NCBI RefSeq assembly: GCF_004010195.1
Contig: NC_057719.1
Span: 21,280,418 to 21,344,417, forward strand
Source: Chiloscyllium plagiosum
Lineage: Eukaryota
Direction of reading: 5' to 3'
Length of the DNA stretch: 64,000 nucleotides
Under the pieces are notes generated by a model. That model was given only the letters and a program-made list of their open reading frames with translations, had not been told where the DNA came from and made no database searches. Of this stretch, positions 38,100 through 49,553 are shown one piece after another (position 1 is the stretch's first letter; each line of letters starts with the position of its first letter). The translations under genes and the position numbers were made by a program.

Positions 38100-38455
38100 A
38101 AGGTTCTTAGGGAACATGACAGAGTAAGGCAGAAAGGTTGTTTCCCATGGCAGGAGAGTGTACAACCAGAGGGCATCATCGCAGAGTAAAGGGTTACCCA
38201 TTAATGACAGATGTAAGGAGACATTTCTTCTGTCAGAGAGTAGTGAATCTGTGGAATTCTTTACTACAAAGGGCGATGGAGGCTGGGTTGTTAAGCATAT
38301 TCAAGGTTGAGACTGGCAGGTTTTTAATCAGGAAGGGAATCAAGGGCATGGGAAAAAGCAAGTGCAATGGAGAATGATCAGATCAGTCATGATCTCATTG
38401 AATAGCAGCGCAGACTCATTGGGCTGAGTGGCCTGTTCTGCTCCGATGTCTAATG
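38100..38455 (+). mobile_element. CR1 3' end
   Basis: TRGH..FF.QRVVNLWNSL; 3' UTR gggctgagtggcctgttctgctcc. Confidence 0.85.
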
Positions 38456-39211
38456 GTTTGAAAGTTATAACACTGATGAGAAATCCTAGGTTCCAACCAT
38501 TTATGGCTGGGGTTGAGCATTGCCACTGCTCCTTCTCCATTTGCTAGTCTGGAGCCCTCCTAACAGTTTCTGGTGAAGGGTGAGTACAAACAAGTCTTAG
38601 TGGAAGGTTTATTTTTATCATAGGTAACAGGATGCTATTTATCATATCTCTGTAACTAAACAGAATTTAAATTTAATTCATAAGCATTTACCAACTCCTA
38701 ACAAGAGGGAGTCTCCATGAGGAGACTGAGCCAGATTTCAACTACTGCATGCCCAAGCTATCTGCCTGCCCAATTCTCCACTCAGTGGCTGTGCCATAGA
38801 TCAGTGGGTGGATCTTCAGCATGACTTGAACCCATGAGTTCAGAGTGCTGCTCACAGAGAGTCAGCTAACATCAACCTACCATCAGCAACATGGACTGGC
38901 TCTAGATACTGGCTCTTACTTCCTCTAGCAGGATCATCTCATCAATCTGACAACATGCCCCCAAACCTAATGCTCAAATCAATAAACCACATGAAAGAAA
39001 GAGTCTGTGTAATTATGACCTGCGGATGCCATTCTTTTTGCATGTAGGCATGCTGAAAGCAACTGGTGAAAGAACTAATTGGATTAAATTGATTAGCAAA
39101 TGTTGATTTTAATTATAATTGACCCGATAATTATCGCCTTGCTGCTTACTTTGTGCTTTTAATCTGGTCCAATGCTGAAAGAGTTATTATTATTGAAGTA
39201 GTTACACAACT

Positions 39212-39352
39212 AAAGCTCAATCAGTCATCCATTTGCTTCCGAGTCAGAAGGTTGTGGGCACAAGTCCCATTCCAGGGATTAAGCACAACATTCTTGGCTG
39301 TCATTCCAGTGTAGTACCGAAGGAATGTTGAAACTTAGGGGGTACCATACTT
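39212..39352 (+). mobile_element. DeuSINE-like head fragment
   Basis: gagtcagaaggttgtggg..caagtcccattccag..ccagtgtagtaccgaaggaatg. Confidence 0.5.
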
Positions 39353-39374
39353 TTTATTGTTGTCTAGAAAACAA

Positions 39375-39505
39375 GGTGACGGTTTGGAGGGACATGGGCT
39401 AAATGCAGGCAAATGGGACTAAATTAATTTGAGATTTCTGGTCGGCGTGGACAAGTTAGACTGAAGGGCCCATTTCCGTGCTACACAATTCTATAACTCT
39501 ATGAG
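39375..39505 (+). mobile_element. CR1 3' terminal fragment
   Basis: ggtttggagggacatgggc..gactgaagggcc..ttctataactctatg. Confidence 0.8.
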
Positions 39506-39677
39506 ATCCTGTAAGAAAAGCAGGGGTGTTATCTCTCAGGTGCCCAGGGACAGGGGAATGCAGAGGGAGGGTGTGCACAGATCTTTGAAGGTGGCAAGAC
39601 ATGCTGAGAAAGTAGAAAAAAGACTTCATAATAAAAGTAATGACTATAAAAACAGCAAAGGTACGCTACAACGAAAG

Positions 39678-39856
39678 AAAACAAAGAACTGTGGATACTG
39701 AAGATATGAAAAAAAACTGAAGCAGAAATTGCTGGAAAAACTCAGCAGGTCCGGCAGCATCTGTGGACAGAGTTAATGTTTCAAGTCTGGTTACCCTTCT
39801 TTCAGCCCATCTTCAGAACTTTTGAAGAAGAGACACTGGATTCAAAACACTAACTA
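39678..39856. mobile_element. Old fold-back PLE-tail insertion
   Basis: gcagaaattgctggaaaaactcagcaggtccggcagcatctgtgg..gttaatgtttc followed by an inverted decayed ribozyme. Confidence 0.65.
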
Positions 39857-40093
39857 AACTATGGTACATCTTTACACAGCTTTGACTGCTTGCAACTGTA
39901 ACAACGCATCCCATTCTGGTTGCTATAACTTAAGAAAAGTGCGAAGTTCCCTAAGAGGATATAAAGGATATTTAGTAGAATGTTTTCAAGGATGAGGAAC
40001 TGTAGCTACAAGGTTAGTAAGGCAAAACTGGTGATATTCTCCTTAGAGTCATGAATATTCAGGGAAGATTTGGTAGAAGTATACAGGATATTG

Positions 40094-40186
40094 TTGGGAG
40101 TGCGTTGCTGGAAAAGCACAGCAAGCCAGGCAGTATCCAAGAAGCAGGGAAAATCAACATTTCAGGCCGGAGCTCTTCATCAAGAA
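40094..40186 (-). mobile_element. Solo PLE-tail insertion, 14-bp TSD
   Basis: TSD tatacaggatattg at 40080-40093 and 40187-40200. Confidence 0.85.
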
Positions 40187-40217
40187 TATACAGGATATTG
40201 ACATGTTTAAATAAGGA

Positions 40218-40345
40218 GACAGTGAGGAATGCAGATGCTGGAGATTAGAGTCGAGAGTGTAATGCTGGAAAAGTACAGCAGGTCAGGCAGCATCGGAGCA
40301 GCAGAAGAATTGATGTTTCGGGCATAATCCCTTCATCAGGAGAAC
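40218..40345 (-). mobile_element. Solo PLE-tail insertion, 9-bp TSD
   Basis: TSD aaataagga at 40209-40217 and 40346-40354; minus-strand cctgatgaagggattatgcccgaaacatc. Confidence 0.8.
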
Positions 40346-41739
40346 AAATAAGGACAACAAAGAGAAACTGTTCCCATTAACTAATGAAGTAAAGACTAAG
40401 AGTTTGATATAGAATTGGATTCAGTGTAGGACAGAATGGGTTAAAATGGTAGGTTGCCCAATCTAGAAGAAACTTGAGAAGCCACAGTTACTTTTATTGC
40501 CATCTTGAAGATGTATTTGTAATTGAGCCCACATGCTTTTACTATCCATTTAAATTAATGGTTTCACATACATGCCTAATACTGTCCACCTGATTTTCCA
40601 CATGTGCATTCCTTTGCTGGATATTTATGCAAAACATCCAGCCATTATATTTGTAACACTTGTCATGTTGCAAACAAATGTATTTGCTTGCCTCATCATT
40701 TGACAGAAATTCTCAGAAATATTCTAGTCTGTTTAATGTTGAATTTAAAGCATATTTTACACACTCAATTCATGAGATCTACTTCACTGAGTTTTCTTTT
40801 GATTTGAAAAGTTCATTGTGTGACATACAAAATTCTAAGATAATCATAAAAAAAACTTTAATCAAATTATTAGATTCAATGCAAAATTAGAATTTCCTAT
40901 TTATACTTTACCTATTGGGATACAACAGAGATTACTCCAACAATGTGGCGTAAAGTTTCTGTTTTAATGTTTCAAAAACTGTGTATAATACTTGGAAAAA
41001 ACACATTTGCTTGTGAAGACATTTTCTGAAGCTGCAACCCCTCCACAAGTCTTTAGCACAGTGAGCAAAGAGTTATCTAGAGCTAATAGAGAGTGCAGTA
41101 CACAAATCTCAGTAATGGTTCTTTGGGCACCACAATGAGTCAATTTAACCAATAAATTATTCATCATACTCTGGAGGCCAGGTTCAAATATTAAATTACT
41201 GGATCTATCAAAGAGATATAAAGTGATTCAAATTTCTATTGCCAGGCATTTCATCTTCCTGCCCTCTCAATGGGAATCTGTGTTTACCTTCCTCTCATGC
41301 CAAAGACAATAGTCAAAAGTTTGTCTGAAGACAGCAGACAGCAGCTACCTTGGAGGCAACAGGAGGCATGGTGAACAGAGCATTGCATTTTTAAATGTGT
41401 GACTATATTATAACCAGAGGTTGGACACAAACCTTACACCACTGAGCTGCGATTCCATCAGCTGGAGGTTAAAAAATAAACAATCAGCCCAATTGCTTTC
41501 TTCTCGGCTGTGCCCACTGAGGCAGATCATGCTGGTCATTTACACGTCTGTTCATTTACCCAGCCTCAGGGCAACAGCTTCGAGCAGTTGTCATCCATCA
41601 CAGATCCATTGAGAGAACTATGACATTTACAAATGTCTGCTTCTCCATGGTGGAAGGACAGATACAGGGAAGTTTGGAACATCTAAGCCTAATTCTGAAT
41701 ATTAGACTGACTTGTTATTTACTAATTTTTTGAAGAAGG

Positions 41740-41946
41740 TACATTAGCTCAATTGGCTGGATAACTCATTTGCAATACAGAGTGATACCAACAGCAGGCT
41801 CTCAATTACCAAATAGCTGAGGTCACCATGGAGATCCCACCTTCTTAACCTGTGTACTGATTCTCAGATTAAACAGCTACCAATTACCTCTCTCCAACGA
41901 GAGAACAGCTCTATGGTCCTCTGGGACAATGACGACTTTACCTTTA
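41740..41946 (+). mobile_element. tRNA-derived SINE remnant (same family as 54500-54680)
   Basis: A-box tagctcaattgg; tail gacgactttaccttta. Confidence 0.55.
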
Positions 41947-41976
41947 TGCATCTTGTGACATAACACAATTACAAAG

Positions 41977-42039
41977 ATGCTGCAATGACACTCACTCTAA
42001 TACAAATGAATGCTGCAATGACACTCACTCTAATACAAA
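41977..42039 (+). repeat. 30-bp tandem duplication with 3-bp spacer
   Basis: atgctgcaatgacactcactctaatacaaa x2. Confidence 0.95.
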
Positions 42040-42469
42040 GTAATGCACTGAGCCATTGTTTAGAACATGTCAGAACATTATGGATCCACCATAATGATTG
42101 CATCTGGTTCTCCTCTGCCATGGATTCATGAGCTCTGAATGTTAAAGAAAATTATTTTGACATACATGTTACATGCTTCAAGCTAAATCAGTTTTATCAT
42201 CATTGAAGCAAGATGAGAAAGACCAAAATGTTTACCTCTGTTCTTGTTGTTGTCCTGAAAAATCTTATCAGTTAAGGTTTTTGAGATCCATGCCACAATA
42301 TTGCACCAATATCATACTCAAGATAGTAAATACATCAAATCCCCAGGTGAGTTTGCTGATAACATATCTTTCCGGTAAATAAATGTCACAATTATTTCAA
42401 ATACATTGGAGCTAACATCTGTGCTTAAGTAAAGAAATTAAGAAAAATATCCAATTTAAGGAAACAAAA

Positions 42470-43640
42470 GCAGAATTAATAAAGAGTTACTTGGGATGAA
42501 GAAATTAGATTGTAAAAGGAATCTAGCTAGAAATACAAAAATGTGTTGTAAGAATTTCTGCAGGTCATTACAAAAGACAAGAGGAAGTAAAATGAGTGTT
42601 GATCCTATAGGAAGTGAGAATGGGGAGTTAACAATAGATGATAAGGAAGTGGTGGATGAAATTAGCAAATATTATGCTTCTGTCTTCACCTAATGACTGC
42701 AAAAAATTCTAGTAAACCAGAAGGTGGAAAGAGGAGAGCAACTTAGTGAAATTATAATCACGAGAGAAGTGGTATAAAGCAAGCTGCTGGAACTACAGGC
42801 TGAGAATTCAGGTTGCTAATGAGGTAGTAGATACATTGGTGCTAATTGTCCAAAGTTACTTGCATTCAAAGAAGCTTCCATAAAACTGTAAAGTAACCCC
42901 TCTGTTCAAGAAGTGAAAAAGGCAAGTGATAGCAATTAGCAAGTAATAAATAATAACTCATTGGCAAGTTACTTTGATTGTTCAGATAGGGAGAGTTTCA
43001 ATCAAACATTAAAGAGGTCACAACGGCACACTTCGAAAAATCAGGAAGAGTCAACACCTTTCCAGAAAGGGAAATCATGTTTAATCAATCTATTAGATTT
43101 ATTCGTAAGCATACCATGTTTTGTGGACAAAAAGAAACCTATAGATGTTTTGTACTTGGATTTCCAGAAGATATTTAGCAAGATGCTGCATATAAGTTTA
43201 TTGCATAAAGTAGGATTGCATGGTGTAGGGGACAACATATTAGCATGGATAAAAGATTGATTGGCTATAGAAAACAAAGCTGAAAATGTGTTGCTGGAAA
43301 AGCACAGCAGGTCAGGCAGCATCCAGGAAACAGGAGAATCGACGTTTCGGGCATAAGCCCTTCTTCAGGGCTAACGTCGATTCTCCTGTTCCCTGGATGC
43401 TGCCTGACCTGCTGCGCTTTTCCAGCAACACACTTTCAGCTCTGATCTCCAGCATCTGCAGACCTCACTTTCTCCCTATAGAAAACAAAGGTCATAAATA
43501 AACAGATCTGTGGCAAGACATAATGAATGGTGACCTGCAGGGGTTTATATTGAGCATCAAACTCTTACAACTGACATCAATGGTCCAAATGAAAGCCTGG
43601 TGGCTACATTCAAATGATACAAAAATCGCTGAGAAATATG
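42470..43640 (+). mobile_element. Old CR1 ORF2 remnant
   Basis: LARNTK...YASVFT; FQKGKSCLINLLDLF..DVLYLDFQK..LAWIKD. Confidence 0.8.
43280..43475. mobile_element. Fold-back PLE-tail insertion, 15-bp TSD, minus-strand hammerhead core ~43337-43369
   Basis: TSD ctatagaaaacaaag at 43265-43279 and 43476-43490; cctgaagaagggcttatgcccgaaacgtcgatt on minus. Confidence 0.92.
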
Positions 43641-43726
43641 TAGGATAGAGGACATTAAGAGTTACTGTTTATTAATTAGAGCTTTAAGAACAAAATGAGT
43701 TGGTTTTCTTTTTTCAAGCTGAAAGT

Positions 43727-43799
43727 GCCTGGCTAGTTCAGTCAGTAGAGCATAAGACTCTTAATCTCAGGGTTGTGGGTTCAAGCCCCATGTTGGGTG
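43727..43799 (+). pseudogene. tRNA-Lys(CTT)-derived sequence (pseudogene or element head)
   Basis: 73 nt colinear with vertebrate tRNA-Lys-CTT as I recall it; 8 transitions, 6 at CpG; T-loop TTCGA>TTCAA; anticodon CTT. Confidence 0.9.
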
Positions 43800-44121
43800 G
43801 ATAATCCAAGATGGAGGATGGGTAAAATTTCTGGTTGTAAGAGCTGCTCCTTTTTTTTTAAGTGTTGGAGGTGATTTCCTCAAATTCTAGGAGCAGCAAT
43901 TACTGTTTTATGTGCTGTTGCATTGTTTTGGAACTTTAGGAAAAAAAAGTAAAAACAACAGCAGTTTTAAAAAGGAGAAGAGCAGACAAAGGAAGCACAT
44001 GGTGAGGACAGTACAGGAGAGAGAGAGAGAGAACCTGCACAGTTAGTGCCTTTGCTGTTTTTGAATTCATGTATCGCTGGACATCGGAGTGCATCTGGGA
44101 AAATTAACAAACAGTGAAATT

Positions 44122-44335
44122 CATGGAATGAGCTGCCAGAGGATGTGGTGGAGGCTGGTACAATTGCAACATTTAAGAGGCATTTGGATGGGTATATGAA
44201 TAGGAAGTGTTTGAAGGGATATGGGCTGGGTGCTGGCAGGTGGGACTAGATTGGGTTGGGATATCTGGTCAGCATGGACAGGTTGGACTGAAGGGTCTGT
44301 TTCCATGCTGTACATCTCTATGACTCTATGATTGT
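44122..44335 (+). mobile_element. CR1 3' terminal fragment
   Basis: Near-identical to 58665-58873 (WNELPEDVVEAG..catctctatgactctatg). Confidence 0.93.
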
Positions 44336-44339
44336 GTGA

Positions 44340-46032
44340 CTTTGAAAATCTCTGTCTCAAAAGGCGGTTGAAGTTGAATAGTTTTAAGGTAAAGTCATTG
44401 TTTGGTTCGGATAATTGATTATTTGGTTAATCGATCAAATGCCTTTCCTGAGGCTTGGAGTTTTTAAGGTCTGCTCCCTGTTGCCCCACCCCCAACCCCG
44501 TCCAACACTGACTCCCACCCCCGCGCAACACCGAACAGTGCCCCCGCCCTGTGCAACACCGTCCTCCCTCCTAACCCCGCTCAACCATGCCCCCGCGCAA
44601 CACCCCCCACCCCCAACACTGGCTCCACACACCGCCTCCGACCCCCAGCCCCCGTGCAGCACCATTCCCAACACTGCCCNNNNNNNNNNNNNNNNNNNNN
44701 NNNNNNNNNNNNNNNNNNNNNNNNNNNNNNNNNNNNNNNNNNNNNNNNNNNNNNNNNNNNNNNNNNNNNNNNNNNNNNNNNNNNNNNNNNNNNNNNNNNN
44801 NNNNNNNNNNNNNNNNNNNNNNNNNNNNNNNNNNNNNNNNNNNNNNNNNNNNNNNNNNNNNNNNNNNNNNNNNNNNNNNNNNNNNNNNNNNNNNNNNNNN
44901 NNNNNNNNNNNNNNNNNNNNNNNNNNNNNNNNNNNNNNNNNNNNNNNNNNNNNNNNNNNNNNNNNNNNNNNNNNNNNNNNNNNNNNNNNNNNNNNNNNNN
45001 NNNNNNNNNNNNNNNNNNNNNNNNNNNNNNNNNNNNNNNNNNNNNNNNNNNNNNNNNNNNNNNNNNNNNNNNNNNNNNNNNNNNNNNNNNNNNNNNNNNN
45101 NNNNNNNNNNNNNNNNNNNNNNNNNNNNNNNNNNNNNNNNNNNNNNNNNNNNNNNNNNNNNNNNNNNNNNNNNNNNNNNNNNNNNNNNNNNNNNNNNNNN
45201 NNNNNNNNNNNNNNNNNNNNNNNNNNNNNNNNNNNNNNNNNNNNNNNNNNNNNNNNNNNNNNNNNNNNNNNNNNNNNNNNNNNNNNNNNNNNNNNNNNNN
45301 NNNNNNNNNNNNNNNNNNNNNNNNNNNNNNNNNNNNNNNNNNNNNNNNNNNNNNNNNNNNNNNNNNNNNNNNNNNNNNNNNNNNNNNNNNNNNNNNNNNN
45401 NNNNNNNNNNNNNNNNNNNNNNNNNNNNNNNNNNNNNNNNNNNNNNNNNNNNNNNNNNNNNNNNNNNNNNNNNNNNNNNNNNNNNNNNNNNNNNNNNNNN
45501 NNNNNNNNNNNNNNNNNNNNNNNNNNNNNNNNNNNNNNNNNNNNNNNNNNNNNNNNNNNNNNNNNNNNNNNNNNNNNNNNNNNNNNNNNNNNNNNNNNNN
45601 NNNNNNNNNNNNNNNNNNNNNNNNNNNNNNNNNNNNNAATTAACCGCCCCCTCTCCGGGACAGCTGAACTGGACACCGACAATAAGACTGCTGCAGTTGC
45701 CTTTGTGCGGTAAGTCTCCAAATAGCACTCATATACACACACACACAACCTTATACTGCAACTTTTTGACAGGTTCTACCATTGCCCTGTACAGGGCAAT
45801 TTTGTACAGATTATCTGGGGAAGGGGAGGTTTAGGGTACACCTCTCTGTAGAACTCCAGGGAAAGTGTGGGGAGAGAAAGGGCGGGCAGTCAGTCATTTG
45901 GAGACAGTGCCTCTTTAATCACTGTAAACAAAAGACGTGATCACTGTTGGAAACACATCTTCGATGAAAAGTTTCCATGGGACCTCGAGATCTCCATCGG
46001 ATAATCTGATTTTCGGATTTTTGGTGTTCAGA
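44340..46032. mobile_element. Possible Tigger/pogo-type non-autonomous DNA element spanning the gap (only the right end is seen)
   Basis: Ends tcagataattgaggttcctttg-TA with repeated tcggataat motifs at ~44408 and ~45998; no left TIR found. Confidence 0.4.
44680..45637. other. Assembly gap (958 N) preceded by C-rich low-complexity repeats
   Basis: Run of N. Confidence 1.
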
Positions 46033-46732
46033 TAATTGAGGTTCCTTTGTATATTCTTGTTTAGCAAGGGAATTAAAGGTTCGCAGTGGGAAGATGTGAA
46101 TCCGGAATGTGAAACCTTAATAGGTTAGCTATGATCTTATTGAATGGTAGATCAGAGTCAAGGCACAAATGGTGTACTTCTCCAATTCTGCATTTTCAAA
46201 TTATCAGAAGAACCACTGATTATACCTTAACAACATGAAGCCATCAGTCATCAAACAAATGAAGGTGGGTTTGGAAAGTTTTCTATCTGACACTAATCTT
46301 GGAGCTGGGGTTCACATACCAGATAACATCATGACTTGGTGACATTCTCCTATCGCTTCTATCATTTTTCAGGGCTGTGTAAATCAACACTAACAATACT
46401 AGTAAGTTGTCTTAGCCTTTGACGTTCCTGATATAGAGCTATAACCTGTATGGTGCATAAGTATCATACCTAGCTTGTCTCTTTTTGGATTCAATCAGGA
46501 TCTTCAAAGCGTTTGGTGCATTTTAAATGTCAGAAGAATCAAGAATCATCTTGGTGACTGTCAATTTCAGAAAGGCTTCTTGTCTGTTTTCTGTCTTTTC
46601 TTATGAATAAAAATTACAATACAGTCTGGAAATGACTTGAAGAATTGTATCCTATCAGTCAATAACTTTGAAAGGTTTGACAGAGATGTTCAAAATCATG
46701 TGGGATCCAGACAATATTAATTGAGAAAAACT

Positions 46733-47574
46733 GGGCAGAACCTTCAGGACCTAACTGGAGTTTTAGTTGGGTGGGCATGGAAACTTAATTAAGTGGGAGG
46801 CCTCAAGTCATTTCCCTGATGACATGTTAAAGATTTGCTATTAAGTTCTCAGGTCTTTTCAGGCAAGGTCAGCTTTCCTGGCTTTCATAGAAACCACTTT
46901 TTCATTCATTCGCATGTCATGAATACTCACGAATGAGGCATGTACCTGACAGAGGAGACTTCCTCCTCCAAGCTCTGTGAAATCCAAATTCCTTCATTAT
47001 TAGAATGAGGGGTGAAGTCTCACCAAGCTAACTAGCTCATGAGAAGGCTCAGCCATATTCAGTCTTGCTTGTGGTTCTTATGCATTTACAGTGTAATGGA
47101 TGCATACTATCATAAGCAGTCTAACTTGTTGTAATTAAAAATAGAAACATAGAAAAAAGGAACTCAAGTAGCCCATTCAGCCCTTCAAGCTTGCTCTGAC
47201 AATCAAAATGATCAACTTACTCAGTACCATTCCTGCTTTTACCCCATACCCTTTGATCCCTTTATCCTTAGGATCAATTCTATGTCCTTCTTGAAATCAA
47301 TTTTTTGGCTTCAACGGCTTTCTATGGCAGAGAATTCCACAGGCTCACTACTCTCTGGATGAAGAGATTTCTCCTCATAAATGGCCCAGCAGGGATAATG
47401 CAGAATTTCCTGCTTGCTTGCCCATAGCTTTTGGCATTTTATTTATGCATGAATGTGCACTAAGCTGAGAAAAATGTAATTATTTGAGAAAAATCTAACC
47501 CAACCCGAAGCAGAAGAATTACTCAATTTTAGGTCCAGATCTGCGTTTAGTCCCCAAAGAACAAGATTCTGCCC
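46733..47574. mobile_element. Harbinger-type non-autonomous DNA transposon (MITE-like) with an internal CR1 tail (~47140-47380, minus)
   Basis: TIRs gggcagaacctt / aagattctgccc (11/12); splits a colinear CR1 remnant. Confidence 0.6.
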
Positions 47575-48297
47575 TTTATTTTAGATGGAAGGATTAAGAA
47601 CAAGAAGGCAGAGATTTAAGGTAATTACTGCAGTAACCATTCTATGATTCTATGGTTTTGAAATACACCAACAAGCTCCATACCCTTTGCTCACCATTAG
47701 ATAAGAAACTTGCTGCAATATTAAAGAAGACACACAAATATTGAATCTTGATTAAATGTAAGATTCTCTCGCGGTTCTCATGAGAATAGTGTGCAATGTC
47801 AGAATTTTTAGTTTAATCATTTCTGGAATACTACTAAATTAAGAAACATGTTGTGACATCAAAACAATCTGTCATTCATTGTGAAGAAAGATGCAAATTT
47901 ATTTTTGGAATAGGATTCCAAGTTGGTTCCTAAACTGCCAAAAAAGTAAGTTCGGCATGGTCTCTTTGTGGTCTCCAGCTGAAAGTAGGTCCAACCCACA
48001 ACTCCAAGATGGGATGAGGTGCGAGGTCCCAAGGATTGCATCCCTTGCTGCTGGTACCAACCTGATCTACATCAGCCATTCGGGCAACTGACCCTCACCA
48101 GGAGAACCAAGCTGCTGTAGCAACATACAATTCTACATGCATGTTATACCCTAGAGAAATGGATAGTGATGGAATAGCTTTAAATTTCTTTTCATCACTT
48201 GGCTGACCACCAATCTCTCCTGCTCTTATACTTGCCATTAGCAAATGTCAGAAGAATTTTCAAGTTAATGCAGGAGTTGGTTGGCCACATAATGAAC

Positions 48298-48333
48298 ATT
48301 CCTGAAGAAGGGCCTGTGCCCGAAACGTCGAAT
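48298..48333 (+). ncRNA. Intact minimal type I hammerhead ribozyme motif
   Basis: ATTC CTGAAGA a GGGC ctgt GCCC GAAA c GTC GAAT; perfect stems I and II; predicted cleavage after 48329. Confidence 0.85.
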
Positions 48334-48424
48334 CTCCTGTTCCCTGGATGCTGCCTGACCTGCTGTGCTGTTCCAGCAATAAAGTTTCAACTTTGATCTC
48401 CAGCACCTGCAGACCTCACTTTCT
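48299..48424 (+). mobile_element. Solo hammerhead-headed PLE-tail insertion, 14-bp TSD
   Basis: TSD ccacataatgaaca at 48285-48298 and 48425-48438. Confidence 0.92.
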
Positions 48425-48744
48425 CCACATAATGAACACACCTTCCTTACAACCAAGTCCAGAAATGGAACTTCAATTGGAACCTTTAACTCAGAGGTAG
48501 GGATGTTATAATTGCACCACAAAGCCCCCTCAACTGCAGCATACATTTTATAACTCATCCATGTTGAAGTACAAAGAAGCAGTTAAGCACAATGACATGG
48601 AATTAACTGGATGCCATCTCAATGATCTGCTTTCATTTATATGGGTACATCCATTACATTTAGGACATAAACAAAGCACTTAATTTGACTCTACCAACAA
48701 TTTATACATTCCTTTTTATCCATCCTTTTCACTTTTGACTACTC

Positions 48745-49250
48745 TAGGGGAGGCAAAAGCCTAGTGGCATTATTTCTAGACTGTTAATCCAGAGACCCAG
48801 GTAATATTCTGGAGACCTGGGTTTGAATCCCACTGCAGCAGATGGTGTAATGTGAACTCAGTAAACATTTGGAAGTAAGAGTCGAGAGTGTGGTCATGAA
48901 AAAGCACAACAGATCAGGCAGCATGATGAAGGGCTTTTGCCTGAAATTTGATTCTCCTGCTCTTCGGATGCTACCTGATCTGCTGTGTTTTTCCAGCACC
49001 ACACTCTCGGCTCTAAACTCCAGCATCTGTAGTACTCACTTTCACCTATTTGGAGGTAAGAGTCTAATGATGACCGTGAATCCATGATTGATTATTGGAA
49101 AATCCCGCCTGGTTCACTAATGTCCTTTAGGGAAGGAAACTGCCATCCTTACCTGGTCTGGCCTACATGTGACTCCAGACACACAGCAATGTGCTTGATT
49201 CTTAACTGGGATGGGCAACCCTCAGCCTGTGAATGAATGAATGAATTTTA
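48745..49250 (+). mobile_element. tRNA-derived SINE interrupted by a PLE tail
   Basis: Head gcctagtgg..cctgggtttgaatcccac; (gaat)n tail. Confidence 0.7.
48884..49047. mobile_element. Fold-back PLE-tail insertion, 17-bp TSD (1 mismatch)
   Basis: atttggaagtaagagtc at 48867-48883 / atttggaggtaagagtc at 49048-49064. Confidence 0.85.
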
Positions 49251-49380
49251 AAAGTTCCTTTTTCTTTGTATCTTATATCAATGCAACTTTTCAGTTTAAG
49301 TTTGTCATACCTTTGGTTTAAAGCACAGTCCAAAAAGAAATGTAAACATTTTCAGTTCACTATTCTAATATAATATTCAG

Positions 49381-49553
49381 GAGAAAATGAGGTCTGCAGA
49401 TGCTGGAGATCAGAGCTGAAAATGTGTTGCTGGAACAGCGCAGCAGGTCAGGCAGCATCCAGGGAACAGGAGAATCGACGTTTCGGGCATAAGCCCTCCT
49501 GTTCCCTGGATGCTGCCTGACCTGCTGCGCTGTTCCAGCAACACATTTTCAGC
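49381..49553. mobile_element. Fold-back PLE-tail insertion with perfect ~60-bp arms, 17-bp TSD
   Basis: TSD tctaatataatattcag at 49364-49380 and 49554-49570. Confidence 0.93.

Noticed and set aside
43727..43799. Functional tRNA-Lys gene
   Set aside because: CpG decay, D-stem and anticodon-stem mismatches, no adjacent oligo-T terminator
44415..45834. Long ORFs of 329-437 aa in the track
   Set aside because: Artefacts of the 958-N assembly gap and C-rich low-complexity flank
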